Assembly (NCBI RefSeq): GCF_006345805.1
Contig: NW_021835991.1
Coordinates: 62,001 to 126,000, forward strand
DNA length: 64,000 bases
Direction: 5' to 3'
DNA from: Octopus sinensis
Lineage: Eukaryota
Both the position numbers and the translations under genes were made by a program. Below, piece by piece: positions 26,456 through 38,668 of this stretch. How positions within the stretch are numbered: position 1 is the stretch's first letter; each line of letters opens with the position of its first letter. The notes below the pieces were generated by a model that ran no database searches, was not told the DNA's origin, and saw only the letters and a list, made by a program, of their open reading frames with translations.

Positions 26456-28371
26456 CAGTATAACCTCCATTTGGGGCAGACCTCTGGCTTGGGGAACCTC
26501 TATTTTTGGGGAAACCTCTATTTTGGGGTAGTTTGAAAAGGATATAATTTTTATGCGGTAATTTCCAAATTTAGAAATTACCGGAACCTCTAAGTGGGGC
26601 ACAGGATTTTTAATTTATATACATATTTGCTATTAAAATTAAAATTAATTATATAAAATTTCATTTGGAAGCCTCGTGTAATTTTTGTATTCTTGTTGTT
26701 ATGGCTCGTAAGCTTAGTCTTGAGTTAAAGATCAAAATTGCCAAGGAATTAAGTGAAAATAAACATCTTACTGAACGAGATATTGTAGATAAGTACAAAA
26801 TTAGTAAAGGTTTTTTATTAATGTAAGTTTTTAGGCGCTGTGTCACGTATTAAAAAAAATTATCTCAATTTTTTTAATACTGGGGCTGTTCAAACAGATT
26901 TTCCCAGAAATATTCAACGCTCTCCTCATACTTTATCCCAAAAATTGGATAAAATTGTTTTTGAGGCTTTCACCAAGACAAGGGAAGAATTTATTCCTGT
27001 GTCCGGTCCTCTTTTAAAAAATATTGCTTCCAAAGTAGCAAGGATGTTGAATTATTCGGCGTTCAAAGGGTCCAATGGCTGGTTGGAAAAATTTAAGAAA
27101 AGACATATGTTGTCATTTAAGACAATTAGTGGAGAGAAAAACTCTTCCGATGTTTCTTCGCTTGATATGTTTTTTTCCAAGTATGATGAATACGTAAAAG
27201 AATATGGTCTTCAAAATATTTTTAATTGCGACGAAACTGGGTTATATATTAAAAGGATACCTTCAAAATCATTTGTAAGTTCGGATGAAGATTGTTTCGG
27301 AATTAAAAGGAGTAAAGAAAAATTCACTATTCTTTTGTCGGTCAGTGCTTGTGGCGAAAAATTGAAGCCATTGTTAGTAGGAAAATATAAATCCCCACGT
27401 TGTATGAAAAACTTTAACCCTGAAGAACATGGAGTTTCATATTCATCATCTAAAAACAGTTGGATGACATCAGAAATATTTATTACATGGCTCACCATTA
27501 CAAATGAACAAATGATTACGCAAAAGAGAAAAATTGTTTTGTTACTTGATAACGCAAGCTGTCACAAATATATCCATCTTTCCAACATTGAATTGTTTTT
27601 TCTCCCAAAAAATACAACCTCATTAATTCAACCGTTAGACATGGGTATTATTAAATCTTTCAAGTCCAATTATCTTAACGCTTTATTGGATTTTACTCTT
27701 TATTTTGAGGACGTTGAGTTACAAATTGTTAATTTAAAAAAAATAAATCTTCGTCATGTCATAATAATTGTTGGAAAAACATGGCAAAATTTAAATCCTG
27801 AAACAATAACGAATTGTTGGGAAACAATTAATAACTGTCGGCAACAGATTCCTAGTTCAAATTTTTTAGTTAACAGTGAGAAAGAAAATTTGGACACGAT
27901 AATTGCAGACGTAATTGCTGAAAATGAAGAAGAAAATAATGATGAGTCAATATATGACCAAACTGAATGCAACTGTTCACACTTGGACACGATAACAGCA
28001 ATGAATAACCTTGAAGAGAATATTCACCGTTTGTTTCCCGATGCGTTAAAAGACTATTACAATTTCAGAAAAATATTGGGCATACATATGAAGAAATCTG
28101 CAACAGGAAACAAAATAACAGATTATTTTCGTGTATAATAGAATAAAAATTTTTTTCTACTTGAAAAATACTCTAATTATCAATAAAATTAGTGGAAAAC
28201 ATGTTTAAATGTTCTTAAAAATACTTTATTTATTTATAAATTAATGAAAAATATGCTAAAACTATTAAAATTTTTATAAAAATAAAGAAAATTTCAGACC
28301 TCCATTTTTGGGGAAACCTCTATTTTTGGGGCAATTTTTCAAAATTGATGCCCCAAATGGAGGTTATACTG
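26456..28371 (+). mobile_element. Complete pogo/Tigger-family DNA transposon
   Basis: Perfect 23-bp TIR CAGTATAACCTCCATTTGGGGCA, TA TSD, and an empty paralogous site near 7205. Confidence 0.95.
26701..28138 (+). CDS. pogo/Tigger transposase, 470 aa, one 25-nt intron
   Basis: Exon 1 MARKLSLELK...KISK, intron 26810-26834, then GAVSRIKK...FKGSNGWLEKFKKRH...FNCDETGL...LLDNASCH...IQPLDMGII. No stops. Confidence 0.92.
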
Positions 28372-28819
28372 TAATAAATTAATTCAAAATGAAAAGGCTA
28401 TTTGATTAGTTTAACTTGGTTATTGGAAATTACACCTAACTTCACTCAGAGAGACTCGCTTTAAACTTATTTAAATTGCTGAATTAACATATAAAAGGTA
28501 TTGGTTAATAATTTTAATTTGATCATTTAATCTAAATTTGTCTTGCATATTGCTGATAATGCAAAACAACTTTATGTTTTTTTTTATTTGAAAGATTTAC
28601 AGTTTAGTTGGATCTTATATGCAGGTAACATCTTAATTCGTCATTATGCAAAAATCAGTCACCTTCCTACCCCAAAGGATCTCCGTTTCATAAGAAAATC
28701 TCATTATAATCTCAATGTCAATTCTACACACTTTATTAACATCCCAGAATCACTTACCAAGCAGCTTGTTGTTAACTCGCGGAATTCTAACGCAGAGGTC
28801 CGGATGGTCTTGACATCCA

Positions 28820-29800
28820 CCATTTAAAAAATCTGGGTCCAAATGGCTTTCTGGCTCTAACTAATTTAATCGTTACTCGATCAACCATGGTTTGGTTTCT
28901 ATGCTTTGGAAAAAATCTACCATCATCCCTATTCCAAAACCAAATCGAGGTACTTATGACCTTTCTTCTTTTCGACCTATCTCTTTGATTTCAGTGGTTG
29001 CAAAAATAACAGAACGGGTAGTATTGAGCATCATAAAACCTTTCCTTCCATTTGCTGAATCTCAACACGGCTTTCGTTCTTTGCATTCTACTTCCACCCA
29101 TCTCTCAAGACTGACACAATTCATTGCGGATGGGTTTAACAATCATAATCCTCCTCAAAGAACAGTTATTACATCCATCGACATTGAAAAAGCATTTAAC
29201 AGTACGTCAAGACATGTTCTGTGTAGGAAAATAGTCGATACGGAATTTCCTCATCAAATAAAGTCATGGTTACTCTCCTTTTTGGGCGTTCTGGTCGCAC
29301 GACAATCATGTCCTCTTACTCACGTTACAAATACTTGCCTAACGGAGTTCCCCAAGGCTCGGTTCTTTCACCTGCCTTATTTAACTTACATCTGTCCATT
29401 ATCCCGACGAATAATAATATTTTACTTCTCTCCTACGCTGATGACATAATTATTGCCTCTCGCTAACAAAACATTAACACCACTTCTGGATCTCTGCAGG
29501 AACACATGAACACTCTATCGTCCTGGCTGAAATGCAATCTTCTTCAACCTTCCCCATCCAAATCATCTGTTATCTATTCACTACTGACCGTCATCAGTTC
29601 AACTTAGAGCCTAAACTATTCCTAGACAACATTCCACTCCCAGTTAAAAAATCCCCCAAAATCTTGGGTCTGAAATTTGATTGCTGTTTATCTTTCTCGA
29701 AACATGTTTCATACATACATAAAAATCTTCACATAATAAGCAAGCTTAAATTTAAACTAGTGTACCATGGCTTTTTGATAACGATTCTCATTTTTACTCA
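28820..29800 (+). pseudogene. LINE RT remnant
   Basis: FRPISL, QHGFR, DIEKAF, GVPQGSVLSPALF, YADD and KILG in shifting frames. Confidence 0.85.
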
Positions 29801-30072
29801 GACTTTTCCAACGGATTTTCATGGCCAGTCAAAAAATGAACGCTAATTTGCTAGTCTGTAAATCTTTTATATTTTGGCAGCCTTAAATCAAAGACTTCTA
29901 TACCATTTCCCATACTAAATGGGATTAGTACCAAACTAAGTGGGATTAGCATTGTCTATTCATTATGTGGTTGATTACTAGGTATTTTCTAATTAATTGA
30001 TGGTTTTGTTAGTTTAAAAAGTCGGTTTTTTTATTTATGTTCAAATCCTAAAAATTGATTTAACACATTTTT

Positions 30073-31327
30073 ATGCCAGTGGAATCTAAAGGTAGCATAA
30101 AAATGAATAATTATTAAAGTATTATTTTGCTATTATACAAACTGGGCGAAATACAGGCCAGGGGGGTTTGAATTCGATGACAGCCATTTAGCAAACCTTT
30201 GTACGCATATAATATATGCATTCTGCACCATTGATGTAAATAATCTTTCTATTATTTCAAATGACTATTGTTTTGGCTTGCCTGAAGGTAATTTTTTACA
30301 TCTATATTAGGTGAATATTGCGGTTATCATAGAATCACTTCTCTTAAACGTTTGAATCCTCGTTTGAAAATCCTGCTTTCTGTCGGAGGGTGGTTAAAAC
30401 AGCTCTATGAGTTTATGACTGTATCAATAAGCGACTCTAATGCAGAAACATTTGCTAAAAATACAAAAGATTTTTTAAAGAAATACAATTTTGACGGATT
30501 TGACATTGATTGGGAATTTCCTCACAATCAAAAACAAGCGTACAGTCGACTTTTGAAAGCTATGAGCACAGAATTTCAAAAAGGCTCGAAAAGATATTTG
30601 TTGACAGCAGCTGTTTCAGCAGGAGTTTCGACAATTCAGTCTTCATATGAAATAAGAGAAATTTCTAGGTTAAATATTCACATTCTGAAAATTAGATATC
30701 TTGATTACATCAATTTAATGACTTATGATTTCTACGGTCAATTTTCGGACACTGTTGGCCATCATACAGGATCATATGGAATAAACGATGCTGATACACT
30801 CAACACTGTACTCAAATTAAATAAACTCAAAATTTACAGGATTATGTAGTCAGATATTGGTCTAAGCACGGTGCTCCAAAGTCAAAACTAGTCATCGGGT
30901 TACCAACCTACGCAAGAGGATTCATAACTTCCTCAAGAAATCCAAAAATTGGAGATGAAAAAATTGGGGAACCTGGAGGAGGACCGATAACAAAAGAATT
31001 AGGAATTCTAGCATATAATTAGGTACTACTTATTCTCAAAAAAATTTTTAGTATTCTAATCAAGGTTATGATGAGGTTTGGGACGATAAGCAAAAAGCTT
31101 CTCATGGAGTCAAGGACTATCATTGGTTGGGATATGAAAGTATCAGAAGTATTAAAGAAAAGGGAAATAAATATTTCTTTACCTTGTAGGCAAAATATGT
31201 GAAAGATAATGGACTAGCAGGGATGTTTGTGTGGACTTTAGATTTTGACGATGTTAATGGAGATGAATGCGGCCAAGGACAATCGCCCTTGATATCACAA
31301 ATGAAAAAATCACTGAATATTAGATGA
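30073..31327 (+). pseudogene. GH18 chitinase, apparently disabled
   Basis: Spliced MPVESK/VLFCYYTNWAKYR...CTHIIYAF...LLSVGGW...FDGFDIDWEFP...YLDYINLMTYD...KLVIGLPTY...[11 protein letters not shown]. In-frame TAG at 31020-31022 and a GG donor at 31163. Confidence 0.8.
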
Positions 31328-32582
31328 GACATGTTTTAAATAATTATTCACTCCTAGTCTCTTGAAATCGATATAACTAACAATTTATTTTTTTGGACAA
31401 ATACTAACCTTTATTAAGATCAAATATCAAAAAAAATTTCAATTAAGACTAAAAAAACTTCGGTTCTCAATCGCCGTTATCCGGGGGAACAGTTTGGCGA
31501 TCCGTCAGACTGCTGACCCTCTCTTCGATTAATCTTTTATCACTTTAGGCAAACTAAATTATTTTTAATCAAGACTAAGTTGAATAAACTTTTTATCAAA
31601 TATAACTCTGATAATTTTTCTGTACAAAAAAATTCTTAAAATAAAATTGAATGAAACAGTGGTAGTTTGAATAAATAATTCTTTGCGGTAATAAAAATGA
31701 TGGTGTTTAAATTATAATTAGCTGATTTACCACGAGTTTTGAAATAGTATATTTATTGTGGCAAAAGTATGTATTCAAAGTACAAAAACAACACAGTTGC
31801 ATTTTTTTGAAAAAATTTATTATTTATAATCAATCATATGATAAGCGCACAGAAAAATCTTCAAAATTAACGTGAGTGATTTAATTCAAAAAAGTAAGTA
31901 TTTTTAATATATTATAAAATTGAGTCAGTTTTTGATTTTCTACGTTTCTGGAATACAATAAAATGTCAAAACTTCCGCAAATGCAATAAAACATTCGAAA
32001 AGAATATTTCATTGATATTTGTTCAAAAAAGTTTACCAACGATCACCACTTCATTGAATATGTTAGATTTCCGAAAAATATTTGTTGAATATATGATTGG
32101 AAAAGAAGAAATCACTATCCAAAAAATTTAAAGAGAACGAAAATACTTATTATTTGTCTCAAACGTTGCAAAGATGCTGTTTTGTAAATTATTGAAATTT
32201 TGATGATGAAAACATTGCATTTGATGTTATTCAAAGATATTTGAGACTTCGACAAGGCTTTTTTAAAAATTGGATTTTAAATTTATTTTCTTTAATTTAC
32301 AATCCCGATAAGTCACTAATAATTACATTAATGATTCAAGCTTTAATATGGCAGAAATGCTAGATTCAGTAATAACCAAAGTTTTTGGCATTTTCACCAA
32401 ATTCAAAGTGGATTTAAAAATCTTAAGGTCATAAATCCAAATTTCTACCAACTTCGTAAAAAATGGGTACGAGTTCGTGCTGTCTGAGAATGCATAAATT
32501 CTCAATATCTTTTTGCCACGGGTTTGTTTATTTAGGTATTAGTATTATTTTATATCTATGAAACTATATTTATTTTTATTTA

Positions 32583-32698
32583 CAGTGCGACCTTGAATTG
32601 GGGAAAACTAAGTAGCGGGGAAAACCTTGCTTTTGGGGAAATATTTTCGCGATCCCTATAAAATATCGGGGAGATTTCTTCAATTCGAGGTCGCACTA
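32583..32698. mobile_element. 116-bp Tc1/pogo-type MITE
   Basis: TA-flanked TIRs CAGTGCGACCTTGAATTG / CAATTCGAGGTCGCACTA. Confidence 0.75.
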
Positions 32699-34299
32699 TA
32701 TTTGTTTTTTAATATGAATTAAAATAAACTTGTTTAAATCAAACAATGCAACGTGGTATTTGCGACAAAACTGAAAAAATTCGCCCACAACTTCACAGAA
32801 TTAGATTATTGTACAATAATTGGATTATTGTACTAGCAATCTGAGGTTCATCGCCACAGAAGGACTTTATTTGTCAATTCAGAGGCTGCAATGTTTTTGC
32901 ATATTTCAAAATTGTTTTTTTGATAATTTGTACGTGAATTGTGGCCTCGTCTGACTCCAAAACGGCATCTTTTTTTCTTGAATGCTAGGAAGAAGTGGAC
33001 GCGGTCTTGTCCGCTTTTATACCTGCTTGAGATTAAATGGATCCTATTCCAAATAGTCTTATCAATTTAATAAAATGAAGCTCTTCATAGAAGTTTGAGA
33101 TCCTGGAATATGTCCTAGGTAACAATATTTATTTGTTTTGGAGTTTCCATTTTTAATCCATTTATTTTAATCAAAAAAGATTTTTCTTAGTCAAAAAACT
33201 CTCACAAAAATCCAATTTGAGATGTTGTAAAATAGGTAATATTTTAACTTTTAAACCGCATTCATTTATGACGGGGAGGACAATTCATAAGGTGTATTGC
33301 CCATAAAGTAACGTGTCATTTCCCTATAATTTTCTTGTATTTCTGTCTATTAACATTCGTTCTTTATAGAAATATTCTTTTCTGAATCCACCATTTTGGT
33401 AAAAATTCTGAAGAGGTTGATTTGTTTTCCGATGCGACTGGGGTAATAAAGTTGAAAAGTCGGTGACCAATGTTAGGTTTTGACTCACAAAGCTCGGTTT
33501 CTTGATGTGTTTGATTAAAATAAAATAAAGTAAAATGTTCAGTTAATCTTCACGCTATAAAGAAGCTCATAGAGAAATCAATAAAATTCAGCCTGTGCCT
33601 TTATTAATAAAAAGAAACTAATTAATTTCAAACTAAGTCCTGAATCTTTCTCTTTCTCTTCTTCCTCCTCTTCTCTGGCTCTAATCTTTATAAAATATTG
33701 TGTTAAGGTGGCTGAAGGTTCCATGCATCTAATATGCAACTCGGATTGACAGTGACGCAGTCTTCATCGGCCACACTACAAAAGAAAAAAAGGAGGGACT
33801 TCGTTTGGATTAGTTAATTCCTTGGTAACATGTTCTCTTTCTGTCTGATTTTTACATTAAAAAATTACAAAAAGTGTAGCCGGCCTGAGCGAGATGTCAA
33901 TATGTGTTTACATCATGCTGCAGGGCTATTTAAAATTTTTACGTGTCCAAAACAGCTAAATAAATTTTGGTAGATAGGAAAACAAACTCATTACCACAGA
34001 GAACAGATATAAACTCATTTAAGAGTTAACATTTAAAACAAACCGGAATTGACGCCGTGTTAATAAAAAATAAGTAAATTTACAAAATGCACTTATTCAG
34101 GAAATCTGGAAGATCAGGAAGTCAAAACGTACTCAGTCCAATTTGTTGTGGCGAAATTGTTTGCTGGAATAGGAATTGGTACGAAAATCAAAATATCAAG
34201 CCGGATATTTCTAAAGACAAAATATACGATCGTGCTCATCCAGATTGAATTAATTTGCATGAAACAAATTAAGATGGAGAAAATACATAAATATGAGAA

Positions 34300-34650
34300 T
34301 TGAAATTGTTCATGTGCCTAAGCTTACTATTATGCTGGTTGAGGGTACAAAACTGGCATGGCTGTCAAAAATGTGTTGAATACTATAATCATATTTGTGA
34401 CAAAGTTTATTAACTATCCTTGTGGGATCCACCCCGAAGACATTCGACGTGTAAGAAAATATTTTTACTGTTTAATACGACACCGAAATCGACCTATCCC
34501 TAGAATAAATATGACAATATTTTATATTCAAGTAATGCATAATAAGGGTTCGGGGATATGCCGCAAAAATCGTCATATGGAAGGAGAACGGGATTAGTGG
34601 ACGTGTCCGCAGTGAGTTTGACACTGGTCATATTCCTTGATGAATTGGTT
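34300..34650 (-). pseudogene. Possible integrase H2C2 zinc-finger remnant
   Basis: LHVECLRGGSHK...PCQFC spacing with multiple stops; weak. Confidence 0.3.
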
Positions 34651-35219
34651 CAGTAACTGGGAAATTATCTCCAATTTTATTTTCAAGATATCGACGTTTT
34701 CAGATCCAGTATATTTGATAAATCCATTTTTATTGATTTCAAGTATTCAAGAAAATGGTCATTAAATTTGATAAAGATTTGGACGCTCCGGGAATTTACG
34801 GTGCATTTCCTTTAAGGATCCCAAATCTCTTGTATAGCCAAGCTGTTTTCTGCGTTATTGATTTAGTACTAAAATATCTCCCACTATTTTGACTTTTTTA
34901 TTTAAAAGCTATATTTTTTTGTTTTTACGCAAATATGGGGAAATAGGAACAGTAGTACTATACGACCCCGGTTTGGGGTAGACCCCAGAGATGGTCCACC
35001 CTCGGTTTTTGGAGCAGTTTTAAAAAACTATGAAACAAAAATTAAAATTGCTAAAGATATAAAACATGGTCAATTTTAAAAAAGAGATCTCGCTAAAAAG
35101 TATAAAACGAGCAAAATCGTTTACATTAGATTAGTTGTTGAAACTTTTCTACGTTTGAGAGATGAATTTCTTTCAATTTCTGGAACCATATTGAAATTAT
35201 TAAAAAAATAAAATAAATT

Positions 35220-35460
35220 ACGAATCATTCAAGGTCAAGGAATCAAATGAATGGCTTGACCGGTTCAAGTAAAGGCACGAGTTTCTATTCAAAACTATAA
35301 GTGGAGAAAAGAATTCGTCTGACCCTTCTTCATTATCTAATTTTTTCTCTGATTATGACAATTGTTAGGAAACTGTAGGAAATGAAAATATTTTCAAATG
35401 TACGAAACTGCTTTATACATACAGCGAACGCCGTCAAAATCTTTTGTTCAACTTAATGTC
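35220..35460 (+). pseudogene. Degenerate pogo transposase fragment
   Basis: ESNEWLDRFK*RHEFLFKTISGEKNSSD parallels the intact transposase at 27060-27290. Confidence 0.65.
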
Positions 35461-36048
35461 AAACGAGCTGGCTTTTTCTGCGGATATCGTTCGCGATATT
35501 ACGTAGAAATCCATATTTTATTTATTTATTAGGACCAAAAACACTGTCATAACCAGAATTAACTATTTCAGGTTATCCCAGTCTCTTTTAGAGACCTTCG
35601 CATCTTTTCTCTGATTCTCTTTAGTCTCTTTTAGAGACCAATTGGACTGAGTACGTTCTACAGCGCATTGTCTAAGAGGTCGGGGATCCCAAACATGGAC
35701 ATTTTTTCTGATATTGGAATAAGAATCAATCCATTTAAGATTAAGCATTAAAACACGTGGAATAAAATTAATTAAATATTCAAATGATAAATAATTAAGA
35801 AACACTGCTGTAAAACCATGCATTGATGATCATTCCAGTAATATTAAAGAAAAATCTGTTTCCCACTTAAAAATAGTGATTATAATTAGTTAAAAAATAG
35901 TTTCTTTACATTCTTTAACAAAATTAAAGTACAGGAATATGCTTCCTCCGACAATAAGTAAATAGCATTTATTATCAATTAAAAATAAACCTTTGAGCAT
36001 AATATTTTTTTCTATATTTTTTTATATTTTGAAAAATATATTTGCAAA

Positions 36049-36050
<2 letters not shown>

Positions 36051-36089
<39 letters not shown>

Positions 36090-38668
36090 TTGAAATAAGT
36101 TAGTCAATGATTAAAAGGCACTTGCGGTTGCACGCATGATGGAGTGTGCATTGCCGCGAACGACAGCTATTCCAATTTGTTGGAATAACCATGACACTTC
36201 TCGAGGCTCCCCACGTCGCCTAGCAACTTTTCCTCCGACTTCTCTGATGAAAGAAGTCGTAAGAGGGCCGGTTACCCCAGAAGTCTCCACAGCGATAGGT
36301 ACGAAGCGGTACCGTTGTCCAAGATTTGCGTATTTGGCAATTTTTCTTTGCTCTGCAGCATCTGCTGCAGAACCTGGAGAAACAGCAGAAGAGATCATAT
36401 TAGTTTTGGAATGGGTGTCAACACACGTTGAATCCCAAACCAACGATTTTCCACAGGAGTAGGGAAAAGTGGTCATTCCATCGGGTCTTTTCCCATCTCC
36501 ACGATCTAAGCCCACTGGCTCTAGGATCGAGGGGAAGCCCGCCGACTCAAGAGCTCTTAAGATAACATTGTTAATAGCGGAGTGCCGAGGAGCTCGGCCA
36601 GCACTTCGTTTGCAAGAGAGTGGGTGTACACCTTTGACGTCAACCATTTTTCCACATCTACAACGATGTTGTTCGCAGATGTCAAGTCCGAGTCTCAGTG
36701 CAGTACCGATACGCATGCAGTCATCCTCTAATAATGTTCCGAGGCCAGCAATTGGCATAGCATTCAGCCATGACCCACTGTGTGGCACAGCTGCAGAGCG
36801 TAAGCAGGCGAGGCGGTGCTGGTCGAGCCTCATTGCCAGGTTGTCTGCGGTGAATTCGCAGCGTAATTTGTCCCAGCTCTGTTGGAGTGATGTTTGGATC
36901 GGGAATTTTAATCCTGATTCCTTCCACAGCATACATCCATCTTCAAAAGGCCTGTCCAAAGAAGATTCGGGGGATTTATGTAGAATCTCCAAGGATAGCC
37001 TTCGGCAGGATGAGTGAGAGGACAGGAAAGCTGGGAGGGCAAGGTCCAGGGCGGATCTTAGGCCAGCTCCGCCAGAATTAAGAGGTAGTTTACACTGGGT
37101 CCACCCATCATTATCGAAACGGACATTTAGGATCCACTCGGCACACAATCTTAACGTATCATCGATAGAATGCAATATTTCATCTTGTATAAAGCAGGGC
37201 GAGCATCTCAATAAATATAACAGTTTGGGCACGTGGATGCAATTTTTGAGGAGGAAAAAGGCCGTGTGGGAGTCGAGTAGAGAGAGGCGTTCAGTAAAAC
37301 GGGACATTTCGACACTCTTAGCTCTGAGGTGGTTTTGCACTTCGGACTCTCCGAAAGGACACCCAAGAAAATAAACATCGTTGAGGCGTGTTTGTTTTGT
37401 GTCTGGCAAGATTTCTGAAATCTTTTCCATTACTAAGCCAAAGTCTTGAATTGGGACTGAGATATTTATGATCTCAGTTTTTTTGGTGTTGATTATCAGC
37501 CCCATTTTTGCCAGGGCAGGAACAATTTTATATAACTCATCCAAGACGACATCAACAGGGCCACCAATAGTGGCATCGTCAAGGTACCAAAGGTTGAGAG
37601 GTGTCTTTACATTACGAGCCACCTCGTCGATTGACAGAGCGAATAGTAAGGGCCCAAGAGGGTCACCTTGTTGGACTCCAGTCCGTGAACGGACAATGTG
37701 TTTGTCAAAGACAAGCGAACTTTCGGACCCGTAAGCAAGGTGAGCCAGACTCATGATCTCTGGGGTACGCTGCGAGCACGATTCCAGCATACAGTCCCTT
37801 CTCAGACTGTTGAACGCGTTTGAGATATCCAGCTTCACCGCAAAGGAATTTGGGGAATGTCTTGTGTCAGGTGAAAAAAAAGCTCTTGTCGCGTGGACAG
37901 CAGCTTCACATCCGTTGGAAACACCAACTCCCAGTTGGACTGGAGATAATTCAGCGGCAACACGGGGACAGACTCTTCGGGCTGCAATTTTGCATGCGAG
38001 CCTCCGGAAGACATTACCGACTGCAATGGGGCGGACTCCTCCATCGTTCTTTCGGAAAGCAATAAGGTGTGAACAGAAAAGTAGATCCCTTGCAAAGCCT
38101 GAAATCTCAGCATTGACAATCCGTTCGACAAGCTTGGTAATACACTTGATCAGGCGGATTCCAGTCTCCATAGTCAATCGGGAAATCATGTCCTTTATAT
38201 GACTCGGCCGGAGACCATCAAATCCCCCACTGCTACTCGGTCTGAAAGATTTAATCCCTTCCAAAATTTCATCATCAGAAATTGACAGTATAATTGCATT
38301 GTCTCGTGTGGGAAACTCCCGTAAGTCATCTGGGGGCATCGGATGTTTGTTTTTGAGGTGTTCCAAAGTCTCGGCAGTAGATTCAGCAAGTGAATCAGCG
38401 GACGAAAGGACCCGAACTGCCGCACGGATGTCGCCATCCATGAGTTTACGACTAACTTGGGTTTTGAACCACTGGGGGGATTTTTCCGTGATGCACGTTT
38501 GGAAATTGGTCGCTTCACAATCGAAATCAATCCATGAGACATCCAATCTCGCAGAGTTCGACTTAATGGCAGCCGAGAGACTCTTCTTTTGTACTGAACC
38601 ATCAATTGCTTGTCCAAACACACAAGGTGCAAAAGAGAGGAGACGGATCCAAGAATGGTCCCCCCCGG
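36051..38668 (-). mobile_element. 5'-truncated CRE-clade non-LTR retrotransposon with poly(A) tail
   Basis: T33 at 36051-36083 on plus (poly(A) of the element), about 27 nt after the ORF stop. The reading frame extends to about 38668 with no initiating ATG. Confidence 0.92.
36111..38621 (-). CDS. CRE-clade RT + CCHC + restriction-like endonuclease (open 836 aa)
   Basis: RPIAVG, QLGVG, LDISNAFN, GVQQGDPLGP, WYLDD, CRCG...HPLSC, RHSAIN, KRPDG, VWDSTCVD and FVPIAVETSG motifs. Confidence 0.95.
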   Translation of the reverse strand: MFGQAIDGSVQKKSLSAAIKSNSARLDVSWIDFDCEATNFQTCITEKSPQWFKTQVSRKLMDGDIRAAVRVLSSADSLAESTAETLEHLKNKHPMPPDDLREFPTRDNAIILSISDDEILEGIKSFRPSSSGGFDGLRPSHIKDMISRLTMETGIRLIKCITKLVERIVNAEISGFARDLLFCSHLIAFRKNDGGVRPIAVGNVFRRLACKIAARRVCPRVAAELSPVQLGVGVSNGCEAAVHATRAFFSPDTRHSPNSFAVKLDISNAFNSLRRDCMLESCSQRTPEIMSLAHLAYGSESSLVFDKHIVRSRTGVQQGDPLGPLLFALSIDEVARNVKTPLNLWYLDDATIGGPVDVVLDELYKIVPALAKMGLIINTKKTEIINISVPIQDFGLVMEKISEILPDTKQTRLNDVYFLGCPFGESEVQNHLRAKSVEMSRFTERLSLLDSHTAFFLLKNCIHVPKLLYLLRCSPCFIQDEILHSIDDTLRLCAEWILNVRFDNDGWTQCKLPLNSGGAGLRSALDLALPAFLSSHSSCRRLSLEILHKSPESSLDRPFEDGCMLWKESGLKFPIQTSLQQSWDKLRCEFTADNLAMRLDQHRLACLRSAAVPHSGSWLNAMPIAGLGTLLEDDCMRIGTALRLGLDICEQHRCRCGKMVDVKGVHPLSCKRSAGRAPRHSAINNVILRALESAGFPSILEPVGLDRGDGKRPDGMTTFPYSCGKSLVWDSTCVDTHSKTNMISSAVSPGSAADAAEQRKIAKYANLGQRYRFVPIAVETSGVTGPLTTSFIREVGGKVARRRGEPREVSWLFQQIGIAVVRGNAHSIMRATASAF

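Noticed and set aside
31020-31022. TAG codon reassignment
   Set aside because: No other in-frame TAG was needed in the intact genes and TE ORFs, and a second lesion (GG donor) in the same gene favours decay or error.
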